DNA of 64,000 nucleotides, taken from positions 73,384 through 137,383 of the forward strand of contig CAYUZS010000003.1 in NCBI GenBank assembly GCA_964448705.1, read 5' to 3'. The notes under the pieces were generated by a model. The model made no database searches, was not told the DNA's origin, and worked only from the letters and a program-made list of their open reading frames with translations. Below are positions 20,414-30,415 of this stretch, in pieces. The translations under genes and the position numbers were made by a program. Each line of letters opens with the position of its first letter. Within the stretch, counting starts at the first letter, position 1. Source of the stretch: an uncultured Gammaproteobacteria bacterium (GTDB lineage Bacteria; Patescibacteriota; Microgenomatia; UBA12405).

Positions 20414-21634
20414 TTATTGCTGCAATAATACTTCTATTGCTTTGTTAAGCTGATTATCGACTTTATTGTCAGTTTCATTAGCCTCGTATTTAACCTCCAC
20501 ATCAGGATCAACTCCTACTCCATGGATATTTTTTCCATCCGGCAGCAGCCACTTGGCAATAGTCACATGTAATCCCGAACCATCCGGAAAATCTTCAGGT
20601 TGTTGCACTGTCCCTTTTCCGAAAGTTGTCACTCCTACCAGCTTGGCTCTGTTATAAGCCTTCAAGGCTCCGGCCAAAATTTCTGAAGCCGAGGCAGAAC
20701 CGCCGTTGATTAAAACTACCAATTTGTCGTTTAATAAATTTCCCATGCTTTTATCTACCTCATATTTTTCCACACTACCGTCAGCTGATTGTTGAGACAC
20801 CACTATTCCCTTATTCAAAAAATCAGAAGCCACCATCACACTCGCCTGCAGATAACCTCCCGGATTATCTCTTAAATCCAACACTATCCCGGCTACATCT
20901 CCGTTACTTTTTTCTTTATTAATTTGAGAAACAATATCCGACCATTCTTTTACTAGCTGATCGCTGAATTTATACATTTTTATCCAGGCCACTTTTTTCC
21001 CTCCGGTTACTTTTGAATTAACCCATTCCAACTCCACCCCGGGAACTACAATATTGTCTCTTTTTAAAGTTACTTCCCAACTATCAGCTTTACCTTCCCG
21101 ATAAAGTTTTAATGTCACTTCGCTGCCGATTTTTCCCCTGATTAATTTAACCGCCTCATCCAAAGTAATTCCGGTAGTGTCTTTGTCAACTCCGTTAGCC
21201 TTATCGGTAATCTTTAGAATCAGATCGCCGGCCATTATCCCTGCTTTTTCTGCCGGACTTTTGGCTAAAGGTGCCATCACCGCCAATGTTTTGTCTTTAT
21301 ATCCCAAACTGATTCCCACTCCTCCGAATTCGCCGGCCAAATCCTCGTTAGTGTTTTTATTTTGTTCCGCCGATAAATAAACTGTATAAGGATCACCTAA
21401 ACTAGACACCATCCCGCTGATAGCCCCGTCAACCATACTTTGATTATTAATTTTGTCTTTCTCCAAAAATGTCTGTTCCAGTTTATTCTTAACCGTCCAC
21501 ATCATCGACAGATCAAGTTCACTGCTGCCATTTGCTTGTTTTATCGGATTTACTTTTTCCCCTGCTTTAAAACTAACCAGTGATACTACTGCCAATAAAG
21601 CCAAACCTAAAAATATATTCCTGATTTTTGTCAT
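20414..21634 (-). CDS. ctpA: Carboxyl-terminal processing protease (S41 family)
   Basis: A PDZ domain and the S41 catalytic region GGSASASEILAGAL are present, with an N-terminal signal/TM segment. Confidence 0.85.
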   Translation of the reverse strand: MTKIRNIFLGLALLAVVSLVSFKAGEKVNPIKQANGSSELDLSMMWTVKNKLEQTFLEKDKINNQSMVDGAISGMVSSLGDPYTVYLSAEQNKNTNEDLAGEFGGVGISLGYKDKTLAVMAPLAKSPAEKAGIMAGDLILKITDKANGVDKDTTGITLDEAVKLIRGKIGSEVTLKLYREGKADSWEVTLKRDNIVVPGVELEWVNSKVTGGKKVAWIKMYKFSDQLVKEWSDIVSQINKEKSNGDVAGIVLDLRDNPGGYLQASVMVASDFLNKGIVVSQQSADGSVEKYEVDKSMGNLLNDKLVVLINGGSASASEILAGALKAYNRAKLVGVTTFGKGTVQQPEDFPDGSGLHVTIAKWLLPDGKNIHGVGVDPDVEVKYEANETDNKVDNQLNKAIEVLLQQ

Positions 21635-21640
21635 TTATTC

Positions 21641-22393
21641 CTAAATTACTAATATCAGTCGCCCTTTGGCTGCATTCATCATCGCTCTTTCAACCCCCTC
21701 CACATTCTTTTTCAATTCCTGCCACTCATCGCTCTCTATCGCCAAAATGGGTAACTTGGAATTAATTCTATCACTTTCCTCTGCCTCTTGTTTATCTATC
21801 ACAATCACTCCTTTGGCCCCGATTACTTCTGCTTTCATCAACCAAATTTGATCCAAATCTTCAGTCATTAAGATTTGGTCTTTGTATACCGAGGACAGGC
21901 TGACAATGTCATGGACATAACTTATTCCTTTGGTTGCCCACACTCTACCTTCATTAATCCCCTTTCCTTCATATTCGATTGCTTTAAATTCCAATTCTAA
22001 TAATTCGTCTTCTTTTTTGGTAACTTTGGCTGTCACCGGGCTGGTTATTTTTTTAGGTTTATCGGTTTTTTCTTTATAATGAAGATTCTCAAATTCATCA
22101 ATTTTAATTATTTCTCCGTTGATAGGTAAAAATACTTTTTTGCCAAAAATGCCGCTTGTTTTAAATACTGCCTCACCTTCCGACACATACAATCCTTTTA
22201 TTTCTTCTGCCATTTTTTCTTTTTCCGTCCCGGACAACCCTTTTATCCTCTCAGAGATATTGATTGTTTTTACCTGCTCCTGGATTGTTTCTACCAACTC
22301 CTGATCAGCCATCACTTCCTGGCCTAAATTAACCAGAATTTTATTTCCCTTTGGAACAGTCACTACCCACTTTGTTTTTACTTTCTTTGCCAC
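21641..22393 (-). CDS. Hypothetical protein
   Basis: The 250-aa Lys/Glu-rich soluble protein carries no recognisable motif. Confidence 0.3.
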   Translation of the reverse strand: MAKKVKTKWVVTVPKGNKILVNLGQEVMADQELVETIQEQVKTINISERIKGLSGTEKEKMAEEIKGLYVSEGEAVFKTSGIFGKKVFLPINGEIIKIDEFENLHYKEKTDKPKKITSPVTAKVTKKEDELLELEFKAIEYEGKGINEGRVWATKGISYVHDIVSLSSVYKDQILMTEDLDQIWLMKAEVIGAKGVIVIDKQEAEESDRINSKLPILAIESDEWQELKKNVEGVERAMMNAAKGRLILVI

Positions 22394-22420
22394 TTTAAAG
22401 ATTATAAAGACAAATCACAC

Positions 22421-22660
22421 TTATTCCAAGCTGACAAAAGGCACCAATCCTAAATGACGGGCTCTCTTGATTGCTTTAGCCAGGATTTTTTGGTGTTTAA
22501 CACACACCCCGGTAAATTGAGAAGGTAAAATTCTGCCTCTCACCGAGAGGTATTCTTTTAATTTTTCCGGATCGTTCCACACCGGTTCCGACTTGGATTT
22601 GCAAAAAGCACATTCCTTCGATCGGGGTTTAATTTGTTGTTTTTTTGGTTTAATAGACAT
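22421..22660 (-). CDS. rpsR: 30S ribosomal protein S18
   Basis: The conserved S18 core LSVRGRILPSQFTGVCVKHQKILAKAIKRARHLGLVPF is present. Confidence 0.85.
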   Translation of the reverse strand: MSIKPKKQQIKPRSKECAFCKSKSEPVWNDPEKLKEYLSVRGRILPSQFTGVCVKHQKILAKAIKRARHLGLVPFVSLE

Positions 22661-22671
22661 ACTTATTAAAA

Positions 22672-23154
22672 TTATTCAATTGGAGTTTCTGAAACTTCAC
22701 CGATTTCGTCAGGAATAACGATATCCTCAAGTTCTCCATTCGGAGCAACGGTTTCATCAATCGGTTGATCCATGACTTCTGAAGATTCATTCATCATTTT
22801 TTCACCGTTGGCTACACCTTTATTATCGAGAATTATCATGTCATCGATTACGATCTCGGAAACTTGTTTTTTAATTCCGGTTGAATCGACAATCTCCCGA
22901 TATTGAATCCGGCCTTCAACATATATTCTGCGGCCTTTTGATAACAATTGAGAACAAAGTTCAGCCAGCTTGTTCCAAGCTACGATTCGGTGAAACTGAG
23001 CATCTTCTTTCTTTTCACCTTGTTTGGTTACCCAAACTCTGTTGGTAGCCAACCCAAACGAAACTACGGCCATTCCCCCTGGGGTGTACCGTAATTCAGG
23101 ATCACGGGTTAAATTACCGATTAACATTACTCTATTAAGACAACGACTAGGCAT
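22672..23154 (-). CDS. ssb: Single-stranded DNA-binding protein
   Basis: An OB-fold N-terminus (NRVMLIGNLTRDPELRYTPGG) and an acidic C-terminal tail are present. The gene sits between rpsF and rpsR. Confidence 0.85.
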   Translation of the reverse strand: MPSRCLNRVMLIGNLTRDPELRYTPGGMAVVSFGLATNRVWVTKQGEKKEDAQFHRIVAWNKLAELCSQLLSKGRRIYVEGRIQYREIVDSTGIKKQVSEIVIDDMIILDNKGVANGEKMMNESSEVMDQPIDETVAPNGELEDIVIPDEIGEVSETPIE

Positions 23155-23171
23155 ATTTCCTTCCCTTACAA

Positions 23172-23501
23172 TTAAATTTTTAAAATTAAATAACGAATAA
23201 CGTTTATTTCCCGATTTAGAAACAAATTAAGCTCTTGGAGTTTCAAAGGCACTTCTCCGGCCACATCTAACACCCAAAAATCACCCTTTCGGTTTTTGGC
23301 AATCTCGTATACTAATTCTTTATTGCCCTGATGATCTTTATTAGTCACTTTGGCTTTTGCCGCCTCCAACCAGGATTCAACCTTGGCCAGAACTTTTTCT
23401 TTGTCTTTCTCTTCAGTTTTGGGAGCCAAAACTAAAATTATTTGATAATTGTGATTATTTTCTTTCATAAAACTCTCTAATTTAACATAAAATCTATCCA
23501 T
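23172..23501 (-). CDS. rpsF: 30S ribosomal protein S6
   Basis: Size, position in the rpsF-ssb-rpsR arrangement and an S6-like N-terminal beta-strand pattern support the call. Confidence 0.65.
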   Translation of the reverse strand: MDRFYVKLESFMKENNHNYQIILVLAPKTEEKDKEKVLAKVESWLEAAKAKVTNKDHQGNKELVYEIAKNRKGDFWVLDVAGEVPLKLQELNLFLNREINVIRYLILKI

Positions 23502-23517
23502 TTACAATGGACTTCTC

Positions 23518-24912
23518 TCATTGTTTTCTAATTTTACAATCATTCTTTAAATCTTCAACTACATATCCTTTCTCATTTATAAGATCCCGCAATCGGTCCG
23601 ATTCCGCCCAATCCTTATTTTCCCTAGCCTGAATTCTTTCCGCTGCTAACTTTTGGATTTCTTCAGGAATCTCTTCTTCATTTTCTTTTTCCTGTAAATT
23701 CAACCCCAGCACCCGATCAAAATCCAGAATAGTCGCTTTTTTATCCTGTTCCTCTACATTTTCATCTTTTAACAATTTCCATGCCAGGGCAATAACCTCC
23801 GGCATAGCTAAATCGTCACTGATTTTTTCAATAAACTTCTCCCGATATTCTTCATTTATTTGCCCCCCATCCGGCAGATTCGATACCAATTTTTTCATTT
23901 TTTTATATGTAGTTTGGGCTACCTTTAAACTTTCCAGGGTAAATTCTAAACCTTTTCTGTAATGACTGGTCAACACTAAATATCGGTAAGCCAAAGGTTC
24001 AATTTCCATTTTTACTAATTCCTGAGTTGTAAAAATGTTACCCAAAGATTTCGACATTTTAGTACCGTTCTTCCCTGTTACCCAAGCGTTGTGTACCCAA
24101 AAATTAGCTGTCTGATGTCCAAAAGCTCCATACCCTTGGGCAATTTCATTAGTGTGATGAACCGGAATATGATCTATTCCCCCGGTATGAATATCAAAAG
24201 TCTCTCCTAAATATTTTACCGACATTGCCGTACATTCAATATGCCATCCCGGAAAACCAACCCCCCAAGGACTTTCCCATTCCATTTGTCTTTTAGGTAA
24301 CCCCGAATCCACTGCCGGAGAAAATTTCCACAAAGCAAAGTCGCTGGGATTTCTTTTTTCTCTATTTATGTCATCTCTGTCGGTATCTTTTAATTCTTCC
24401 AATTTTAAATTAGCAAAGTTTCCGTAATCAGGAAACTTGCTGGTATCAAAATAAATCCCATCAGAGGTTTTATAAGCAAAACCATTCGACTCAATTTTTT
24501 TGATTAACTCAATTTGCTCCGGAATATGATCGGTCGCAGCGCAGACAACGTCCGGACGGACTATATTAAGCAATTCTTCACTTTCAAAAAACTGTTTCTC
24601 GTATTTTTTCGCCAATTCCCACACTGTTATCCCCTCTCTTTTTGAACCTTTTTCCATCTTATCATCACCGCTGTCGGCATCTGAAGTTAAGTGTCCGACA
24701 TCGGTCAAATTCATCACCAGTTTTACTTCATAACCCAAATAACGAAAAACCCTCACCATTACGTCCCAGGCAATATAAGCATACATATTCCCCAAATGTT
24801 GATCCCAATAAACTGTCGGTCCGCAGGCATAAATCCCCACTTTTCCTTCGTTTATCGTTTTCAGTTCCTCTTTTTTTCTGGTTACAGTGTTATAAAGAAT
24901 TACCTTTTTCAT
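23518..24912 (-). CDS. cysS: Cysteinyl-tRNA synthetase
   Basis: The class I aaRS motifs are present: YACGPTVY...HLGN (HIGH-like) and KMSKSLGN. Confidence 0.9.
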   Translation of the reverse strand: MKKVILYNTVTRKKEELKTINEGKVGIYACGPTVYWDQHLGNMYAYIAWDVMVRVFRYLGYEVKLVMNLTDVGHLTSDADSGDDKMEKGSKREGITVWELAKKYEKQFFESEELLNIVRPDVVCAATDHIPEQIELIKKIESNGFAYKTSDGIYFDTSKFPDYGNFANLKLEELKDTDRDDINREKRNPSDFALWKFSPAVDSGLPKRQMEWESPWGVGFPGWHIECTAMSVKYLGETFDIHTGGIDHIPVHHTNEIAQGYGAFGHQTANFWVHNAWVTGKNGTKMSKSLGNIFTTQELVKMEIEPLAYRYLVLTSHYRKGLEFTLESLKVAQTTYKKMKKLVSNLPDGGQINEEYREKFIEKISDDLAMPEVIALAWKLLKDENVEEQDKKATILDFDRVLGLNLQEKENEEEIPEEIQKLAAERIQARENKDWAESDRLRDLINEKGYVVEDLKNDCKIRKQ

Positions 24913-24929
24913 CTTTAATAGGCTTTATT

Positions 24930-25421
24930 TTAATCTATTTTTCCCTTAAATTCACTTGTCTGCGACATTTGTGACTGGTCGGGAGCGCTTTTTTTCTTTC
25001 CCTGCGGCATCATTCTTATTTTCGCCAGCTCTCTTTGGCTTTTATCTTGGATTATTAATTGTTGTTTTTCTTTTTCTTCCGCTTCTCTTTGTTGTTTAAT
25101 TTGTTCCAACAGTTTTTCCTGTTCCTCTGCTTCTTTTTGTTTTTCATCCCTTACTTGTTCAATTTCCTCCTCCACATTTCTTCCTGTTTCCGGTTTTGGA
25201 TTATTCAGGGCTGCCATTTCCTCTTGTTTTCTTTTTTCGTCTTCAGCTTTTTTCGCGGCTAATTCCGATTCTGACATTGGTTTTAAATTTCCCACCAATT
25301 CAGTCCCGGTTATTATTGAATCCGCCACAGTCAGCGTCTGCTTCACCAATCCTTCCCCGGTTTCTTCAACAATTTTTCCGAGATTTTGTACAACTTGTTT
25401 TGGAATATTATTATCTGTCAT
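24930..25421 (-). CDS. Hypothetical Lys/Glu-rich coiled-coil protein
   Basis: The charged repeats (EEQEKLLEQIKQQREAEEKEK) are low-complexity. Confidence 0.3.
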   Translation of the reverse strand: MTDNNIPKQVVQNLGKIVEETGEGLVKQTLTVADSIITGTELVGNLKPMSESELAAKKAEDEKRKQEEMAALNNPKPETGRNVEEEIEQVRDEKQKEAEEQEKLLEQIKQQREAEEKEKQQLIIQDKSQRELAKIRMMPQGKKKSAPDQSQMSQTSEFKGKID

Positions 25422-25429
25422 AAAATATT

Positions 25430-26050
25430 TTACAGCATAGTTCTGCCTTCCATGGCTCTGGATATAGTTGCCTGGTCGGCAAACTCCAAATCGGCCCCCA
25501 TCGGTAAACCGCTGCCGATTCTGGAAACTTTTATTTCTTCATTCAACTCTCTTATTTTTTTTCTGATATACAAAGCTGTCGCCTCCCCCTCCATAGTCGG
25601 ATTAGTTGCCATTATTATTTCTAATTTAGAATTCTCTCCATTAATTAATTGGCCTATCCTGTCAAGTAATTCGTTTATTCTTAAATCATCAGGACCCACG
25701 TGATCCAAAGGATTAATCACTCCTCCCAAAACATGATAAACACCATTAAATCCTCCCATATTTTCAATCGCCAACACATCAATCGCTTTTTCTACCACAC
25801 AAATTATTTTTTTATCCCGTTTTTCATTGTCGCAGATTTCGCAAACTTCATTAGTGCTTACCCCACCGCATGTTCGACAAATCTTGATTTCTTTTTTAAG
25901 CCGCAACAGGTCTGTACTTATTTCTTCCACAAAACTGTTCGGAGTATTTAATAAATAAAAAGCCAGCCTGGTAGCGCTTTTCGGGCCTATACCCGGCAGT
26001 CTTTCAAAAACGTTAACCAAATCAGTGATTGCTTTCGGTAAACTGGCCAT
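25430..26050 (-). CDS. recR: Recombination protein RecR
   Basis: A helix-hairpin-helix N-terminus, the C4 zinc finger CRTCGGVSTNEVCEICDN and a Toprim domain are present. Confidence 0.9.
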   Translation of the reverse strand: MASLPKAITDLVNVFERLPGIGPKSATRLAFYLLNTPNSFVEEISTDLLRLKKEIKICRTCGGVSTNEVCEICDNEKRDKKIICVVEKAIDVLAIENMGGFNGVYHVLGGVINPLDHVGPDDLRINELLDRIGQLINGENSKLEIIMATNPTMEGEATALYIRKKIRELNEEIKVSRIGSGLPMGADLEFADQATISRAMEGRTML

Positions 26051-26298
26051 TAAAACAATCCTTCCAAACCCCCCATATCCTTCATTTTTTTAGCCGCAAC
26101 TTCCTGAGACTTTTTCATCGCTTTATTAATCACTTCTACCAACACTTTGTTTTCTATTCCGTTCACAGACAAAAATTTAACTTTCTGGTCACCACTGACA
26201 GTCACTTTTACTCCGTTTTCTTCAAGTTCCACCACTTCTGCTTCCACAGCTTTTTTTAATTTTAAGGCCTGAGCCAACATTTTTGCTTTATCAAACAT
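26050..26298 (-). CDS. ybaB: YbaB/EbfC nucleoid-associated protein
   Basis: The size, the MFDKAKMLAQALKLKK N-terminus and the position between dnaX and recR all fit. Confidence 0.85.
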   Translation of the reverse strand: MFDKAKMLAQALKLKKAVEAEVVELEENGVKVTVSGDQKVKFLSVNGIENKVLVEVINKAMKKSQEVAAKKMKDMGGLEGLF

Positions 26299-26335
26299 AA
26301 GTTTTAAAAAATATATTAACCTCCAATTTTAACAC

Positions 26336-27898
26336 CTATCCGAATATCTGTTTGGCCACGTCATAGATATCTCCGCCCTCAGCTTTTGTCTCTTCTTCCA
26401 ACTTTTCACTCACTGCCGTCATCGGTGTCTCATTATTTATTACCAAAGGTTTCTCTTTTCCGCTGCTCAAAACACACTCGAATCCGATTTCTATTCCAAA
26501 AACAGTATTCAATCCTTTCTCTACAATTTGCCGGTTTTTTGGTTCTTCTAATTTATCTTTGTGAAACGGATAAAACACTTCTAAAATTACTCTGTTTGCT
26601 TTTATTTTTTTGGGTCTGGCAGCTCTTAAAAACGCCTCCACTGAATGATTGTAAGGTTTAACTGCCGTCAACACTTTCATCCATTCCCTTTCCACTTCTT
26701 CAATTTCCAGATTTATATTTTTTGCCGGCTTTATCGTTTCTATCTTAACATCCTCTGCAATTTCATCCTTAATTTTGGCTTCAGCTTCAATCTTCACTTC
26801 TGTTTGCTCTTCTTTTTTCGCTTCAGTTGGGTTTTTTTTTACCAAAAATTCCTCCCCTATTCGGTTCTTAAGCATTTCCACCACGGCTAATTCCAACGGT
26901 AATTGGTCTATATTCACCTCTTTTTCCTGTTTTCCGGCGGCAATCAATAAACCTAACCATTTTTCTAAATCAGCTGCACTTAATACAGACTCCTGTTCAT
27001 TTTTAACCCCATAAACTTCCAATAGTTTTTCCTGAAAATATTTCAACAGATTATCTCTGTAGGCTTTAAAATCAATTCCTGCCTCGGCCATTTTTTCGAT
27101 TTTTTCAAGTATTTTTTTAATCTCACCTTTTGCTAAATCATCTTCCAATTCTTTTTCTGAATATACTCCGGTTCTTTTTTCAAAAAATAGTTCTGTTTCT
27201 CTAAGAGTAATTTTTTTTCCTACCTCTAAAAATATTTCATTAAAAGTTTTTTGTAGATTTCTAAAACTTCCGTCGCTTTTTGTCACTATCAAATCAATAG
27301 CTTCTTTTTCAATTTCCACCTTCTCCCCCTCGATCACCCTTTGCAATGATTTTTTTAATTCTTCTTTGTTTCCCCTCCGAAAACCGACCTTTATCAACCT
27401 CGACAACACTGTTTCCGGTATCTTTTCCTCATCAGTGGTACACAATACAAATATTGTATGTTCCGGAGGTTCCTCTATCAATTTTAAAAGAGCGTTAAAA
27501 GCCTCTTTTGTCAGCATGTGAACTTCATCAATAATAAACACTTTCTTCGCTAATTTACTCGGTAATAAATAGGCCTTGTCTTTTAAGGCTCTGATATCTT
27601 CAATTCCCCTATTAGATGCAGCATCAATTTCTACCACATCAATCGAATTTCCTTTTAAAATCTCCTGACAATTTTCACATTCTCCACAAGGTTCCTTATT
27701 TTTTAAATGCTGGCAATTCACCGCTCGTGCCAAAATTCTTGCAGCTGAAGTTTTTCCCGCTCCCTTTGGTCCTGTAAATAAAAATGATTGCGGCACTTCC
27801 TTTGCCGACAAAATATTTTTTAAAGTTTCAGAAACTTCTACCAAATCCAGATCTGAAAATTTTTGTGGTCTATACTTTAAATGAAACACTGACATCAA
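26336..27898 (-). CDS. dnaX: DNA polymerase III subunit gamma/tau
   Basis: The Walker A motif GPKGAGKTSAARILA, the zinc module CxxC (CGECENC) and the AAA+ clamp-loader motifs are present. Confidence 0.9.
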   Translation of the reverse strand: MMSVFHLKYRPQKFSDLDLVEVSETLKNILSAKEVPQSFLFTGPKGAGKTSAARILARAVNCQHLKNKEPCGECENCQEILKGNSIDVVEIDAASNRGIEDIRALKDKAYLLPSKLAKKVFIIDEVHMLTKEAFNALLKLIEEPPEHTIFVLCTTDEEKIPETVLSRLIKVGFRRGNKEELKKSLQRVIEGEKVEIEKEAIDLIVTKSDGSFRNLQKTFNEIFLEVGKKITLRETELFFEKRTGVYSEKELEDDLAKGEIKKILEKIEKMAEAGIDFKAYRDNLLKYFQEKLLEVYGVKNEQESVLSAADLEKWLGLLIAAGKQEKEVNIDQLPLELAVVEMLKNRIGEEFLVKKNPTEAKKEEQTEVKIEAEAKIKDEIAEDVKIETIKPAKNINLEIEEVEREWMKVLTAVKPYNHSVEAFLRAARPKKIKANRVILEVFYPFHKDKLEEPKNRQIVEKGLNTVFGIEIGFECVLSSGKEKPLVINNETPMTAVSEKLEEETKAEGGDIYDVAKQIFG

Positions 27899-27944
27899 TC
27901 CATTTTAAGTTGAAAATCTTTTTGAAGCAATATCACTTTCTACA

Positions 27945-28310
27945 TCAATCATCTTTGAGTAGATTCTCTACTCCGTGTATCATCCATTCATCCAAAACAT
28001 CTTTCAAACTTTTGTTTTGAAAAACAGTTTCATATTTTAGTTTTTGAGTGCATATTACTACATCACCCAATCTGATCATCCCATCATCATCTGCCTCTCT
28101 CGTCATCGGGAACCCTAGTACTTGGGGTATATAATCTTTGTTTCGATAGTTAATATTTAATTCCTTGGCTTTTTTTCGACCGACAAACACTACACTCAAT
28201 TCCACTGACTGCATCTTCTTTTTTTTGAGTGCCGATATTGCCGAATCTCTGACCATTTCTTCATCCAAACCCCAATTACGTGGGTGTTTTATCAGTACCA
28301 CATTTTTCAT
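27945..28310 (-). CDS. YbeY-like protein with degenerate metal-binding site
   Basis: Against YbeY, ELSVVFVGRKKAKELNINYRNKDYIPQVLGFP aligns with ExxIRxVD..ExxxLNxxYRGKDKPTNVLSFP and LGDVVICTQ aligns with LGDLVICRQ. The HGxLHLxGYDH zinc motif is replaced by IHGVENLLKDD, which keeps only the first His. Confidence 0.5.
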   Translation of the reverse strand: MKNVVLIKHPRNWGLDEEMVRDSAISALKKKKMQSVELSVVFVGRKKAKELNINYRNKDYIPQVLGFPMTREADDDGMIRLGDVVICTQKLKYETVFQNKSLKDVLDEWMIHGVENLLKDD

Positions 28311-28315
28311 AAGAG

Positions 28316-28744
28316 TTAATTTAATTTTTCTTTGACAATCATCGAAATCTTGTCTCCACCAACTCTGCCGGCAGTTTTTGTCATCACAGCTTTCATCACC
28401 AACCCAAAATTATTTCCTACTTCAGCAATCGACTCTTCAACTATCTTTTCCAATTCGTCATTACTCATTTCCTGGGGTAAATATTCTTTCACCACTTTTA
28501 TTTCGTAATCCAGTTCCGAAACCAAATCATTTCTTTCTGCTTTTAAAAACATTTCTCTGGATTCTTCTTTGTCTTTCAATTCTTTTCTCAGTACCGAAAC
28601 CTCATCAGACTCCTTCATCTGTCCGGGTGGAAGCTGTAATTCTTTTTTATCGATTAAAGAAATTAAATACCTCAAAACCCCCACCCGAACAGTGTCATGA
28701 TTTTTCAAAGCTACAATCGAATCTGCTTTTATTTTATCTTTCAT
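28316..28744 (-). CDS. GatB/YqeY-domain protein
   Basis: The N-terminal IKxDxxxALKxxDxxRxxxLR pattern is typical of the YqeY family. Confidence 0.65.
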   Translation of the reverse strand: MKDKIKADSIVALKNHDTVRVGVLRYLISLIDKKELQLPPGQMKESDEVSVLRKELKDKEESREMFLKAERNDLVSELDYEIKVVKEYLPQEMSNDELEKIVEESIAEVGNNFGLVMKAVMTKTAGRVGGDKISMIVKEKLN

Positions 28745-28950
28745 TAATATCTTCTTTTTTTAGCTCTTTTACGGCATTTTTCCCGCCATAAAATAATTTT
28801 TTTCTTAGCGTATCTCTTAACTGCCGGTTTTTCGTAAGCAGTTCTTTTTTTGACTTCCTCGGTTATATCTTCTTCAACACTCAATCTTCTGAATTTTCCG
28901 ATTACATCATCTTTTGTTTCGCCTTTCTTTTTTTTGACAATAATGGGCAT
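28744..28950 (-). CDS. rpsU: 30S ribosomal protein S21
   Basis: MPIIVKKKKGE...YEKPAVKRYAKKK...RKRAKKRRY fits the S21 signature. Confidence 0.8.
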   Translation of the reverse strand: MPIIVKKKKGETKDDVIGKFRRLSVEEDITEEVKKRTAYEKPAVKRYAKKKIILWREKCRKRAKKRRY

Positions 28951-29003
28951 TAACCCACCTCCTTAACAATTTTTTTGCTTAAATAATGTTGTTATTCTAC
29001 CGA

Positions 29004-29660
29004 TTATTGGCTGTTTTGTAAACACTTTGACTTGTCCAGACTGTTTACAATTCCGTTGTTGTCATAATCGACATTATCTTTACAGCTTGTAGCTGATGAA
29101 GTAGTTGCCGGTGCTATAGTTCCACCGCCCCCTCTGACACAGATGATATAGTCTGCCGTATTTATTGCACCGTCTTTGTTATAGTCAGTTGTTTTATTGC
29201 AGCTTCCACTTTGAGTCGCTATAGCGGTTGGTGCTGCTGTCGGTGCCAAAGTTGCTGTCGGAGACGCACCTGCACCGGCTTTAAAGGTATAAGGAATCCC
29301 TCCATTATCAAAAACTTCTTCGCCTACTTTAATTCTAAAATAATAGCTTTGACCCGGTTTCAATGAATTTAAAACCACCGAGTGATTAACAGTTGATACC
29401 GTTTCCGGCACTGAAAGCAGTAATGCCGCTGAAGACGTTCCATATTGAACTACACTTTGAGCTTCTTTGTCTGTCGTCCAGGTTATAGTTGCCGATTTAC
29501 CATCTTCTGAAGGATTGGATACTACCCCTTTTGGTTCTGTATTGCCCGATGCTCCGCTCAGATATGTTCTTGCTGTTCCGACTCCCAAAACTCCCAAGAC
29601 ACCTACCAATATTAAAATCAGAATCGTAATAATTGTTTTTATTGATATTTTTTCTTTCAT
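29004..29660 (-). CDS. Secreted protein with FN3-like domain and C-terminal dockerin-like double EF-hand module
   Basis: A signal/TM segment is followed by a beta-rich FN3-like domain (WTTDKEAQSVVQYGTS...YYFRIK). The C-terminus carries DYNKDGAINTAD and DYDNNGIVNSLD, both matching the dockerin Ca-loop pattern DxNxDGxxNxxD. Confidence 0.5.
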   Translation of the reverse strand: MKEKISIKTIITILILILVGVLGVLGVGTARTYLSGASGNTEPKGVVSNPSEDGKSATITWTTDKEAQSVVQYGTSSAALLLSVPETVSTVNHSVVLNSLKPGQSYYFRIKVGEEVFDNGGIPYTFKAGAGASPTATLAPTAAPTAIATQSGSCNKTTDYNKDGAINTADYIICVRGGGGTIAPATTSSATSCKDNVDYDNNGIVNSLDKSKCLQNSQ

Positions 29661-30415
29661 TATGCAGATTTTAAATATAATGCCACAGACATTCCGCTGA
29701 TACCTAATAATACCAGAGCCAAAGTTTCCGCAATTCCTCCGGTTTCAGGTAGAGTTTCTGCCGTTGTATTGGCTGTAGTTGGTGTTGCAGACACTGTATT
29801 GTTAGTTGTGTTGTTTGTTGAAGTTGAAGTCGGGACCGGAGTTAAAGTTGGAGTCGAAGAGGGTGTAGTCGATGATGTTGTTGATGAAGTTATAGTGTAC
29901 GAACCGCTTTGATTCGATGAACAATCCACCACATCATTACCTGATTCATTAATAATATTAGTCTCAGCTACCGAACCGGCTTGACAGACATAATTTAAGG
30001 TCGCCGTCCCAGCTGCTTTTGCCTTAAAAGTAACTTTCAGAAGTTCATGTTTTGCTACCACTCCCACATAGACATTCGAGCTTAATGAAGGCAGTGTCAC
30101 TTCAAATGTTCCGGCAGCGTTATCGATAATCGGTGAACCTGTTGAGTATGTAAATTGATAGCCGTCATCAGGCACATCAGCTTTCACAATCGACACCACT
30201 TCCAGCTTTGAAGCATCAAATGTCGATTTGATATCCAGACCTATTACTTTATCAGCATTGGAATCAACTCCCAAAATTACGTCAAAAGTATCATTCACTT
30301 GTTTTGTCGCCGAAGTCGGATCCAAAGTAAAATGAGGCGCTGCCCAGGCTTTTACTGGAGTCACCGCCATTAAAGCGGCCGCCATCATTATTACTAATAA
30401 TCTTTTAGAATTCAT
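29660..30415 (-). CDS. Cell-wall-anchored surface protein: signal peptide, cohesin-like beta-sandwich domain, Thr-rich stalk, LPXTG sortase signal
   Basis: The C-terminal LPETGG is followed by a hydrophobic span and KSA, the classic sortase sorting signal. The core segment DVILGVDSNADKVIGLDIKSTFDASKLEVVSI resembles the cohesin consensus. Confidence 0.55.
   Translation of the reverse strand: MNSKRLLVIMMAAALMAVTPVKAWAAPHFTLDPTSATKQVNDTFDVILGVDSNADKVIGLDIKSTFDASKLEVVSIVKADVPDDGYQFTYSTGSPIIDNAAGTFEVTLPSLSSNVYVGVVAKHELLKVTFKAKAAGTATLNYVCQAGSVAETNIINESGNDVVDCSSNQSGSYTITSSTTSSTTPSSTPTLTPVPTSTSTNNTTNNTVSATPTTANTTAETLPETGGIAETLALVLLGISGMSVALYLKSA

Noticed and set aside
20413-20429. AT-rich palindrome ATTATTGCTGCAATAAT after ctpA as terminator
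   Set aside because: The stem is weak and AT-only. It overlaps the stop codon, and htrA follows within 40 nt. It is probably not a functional terminator.
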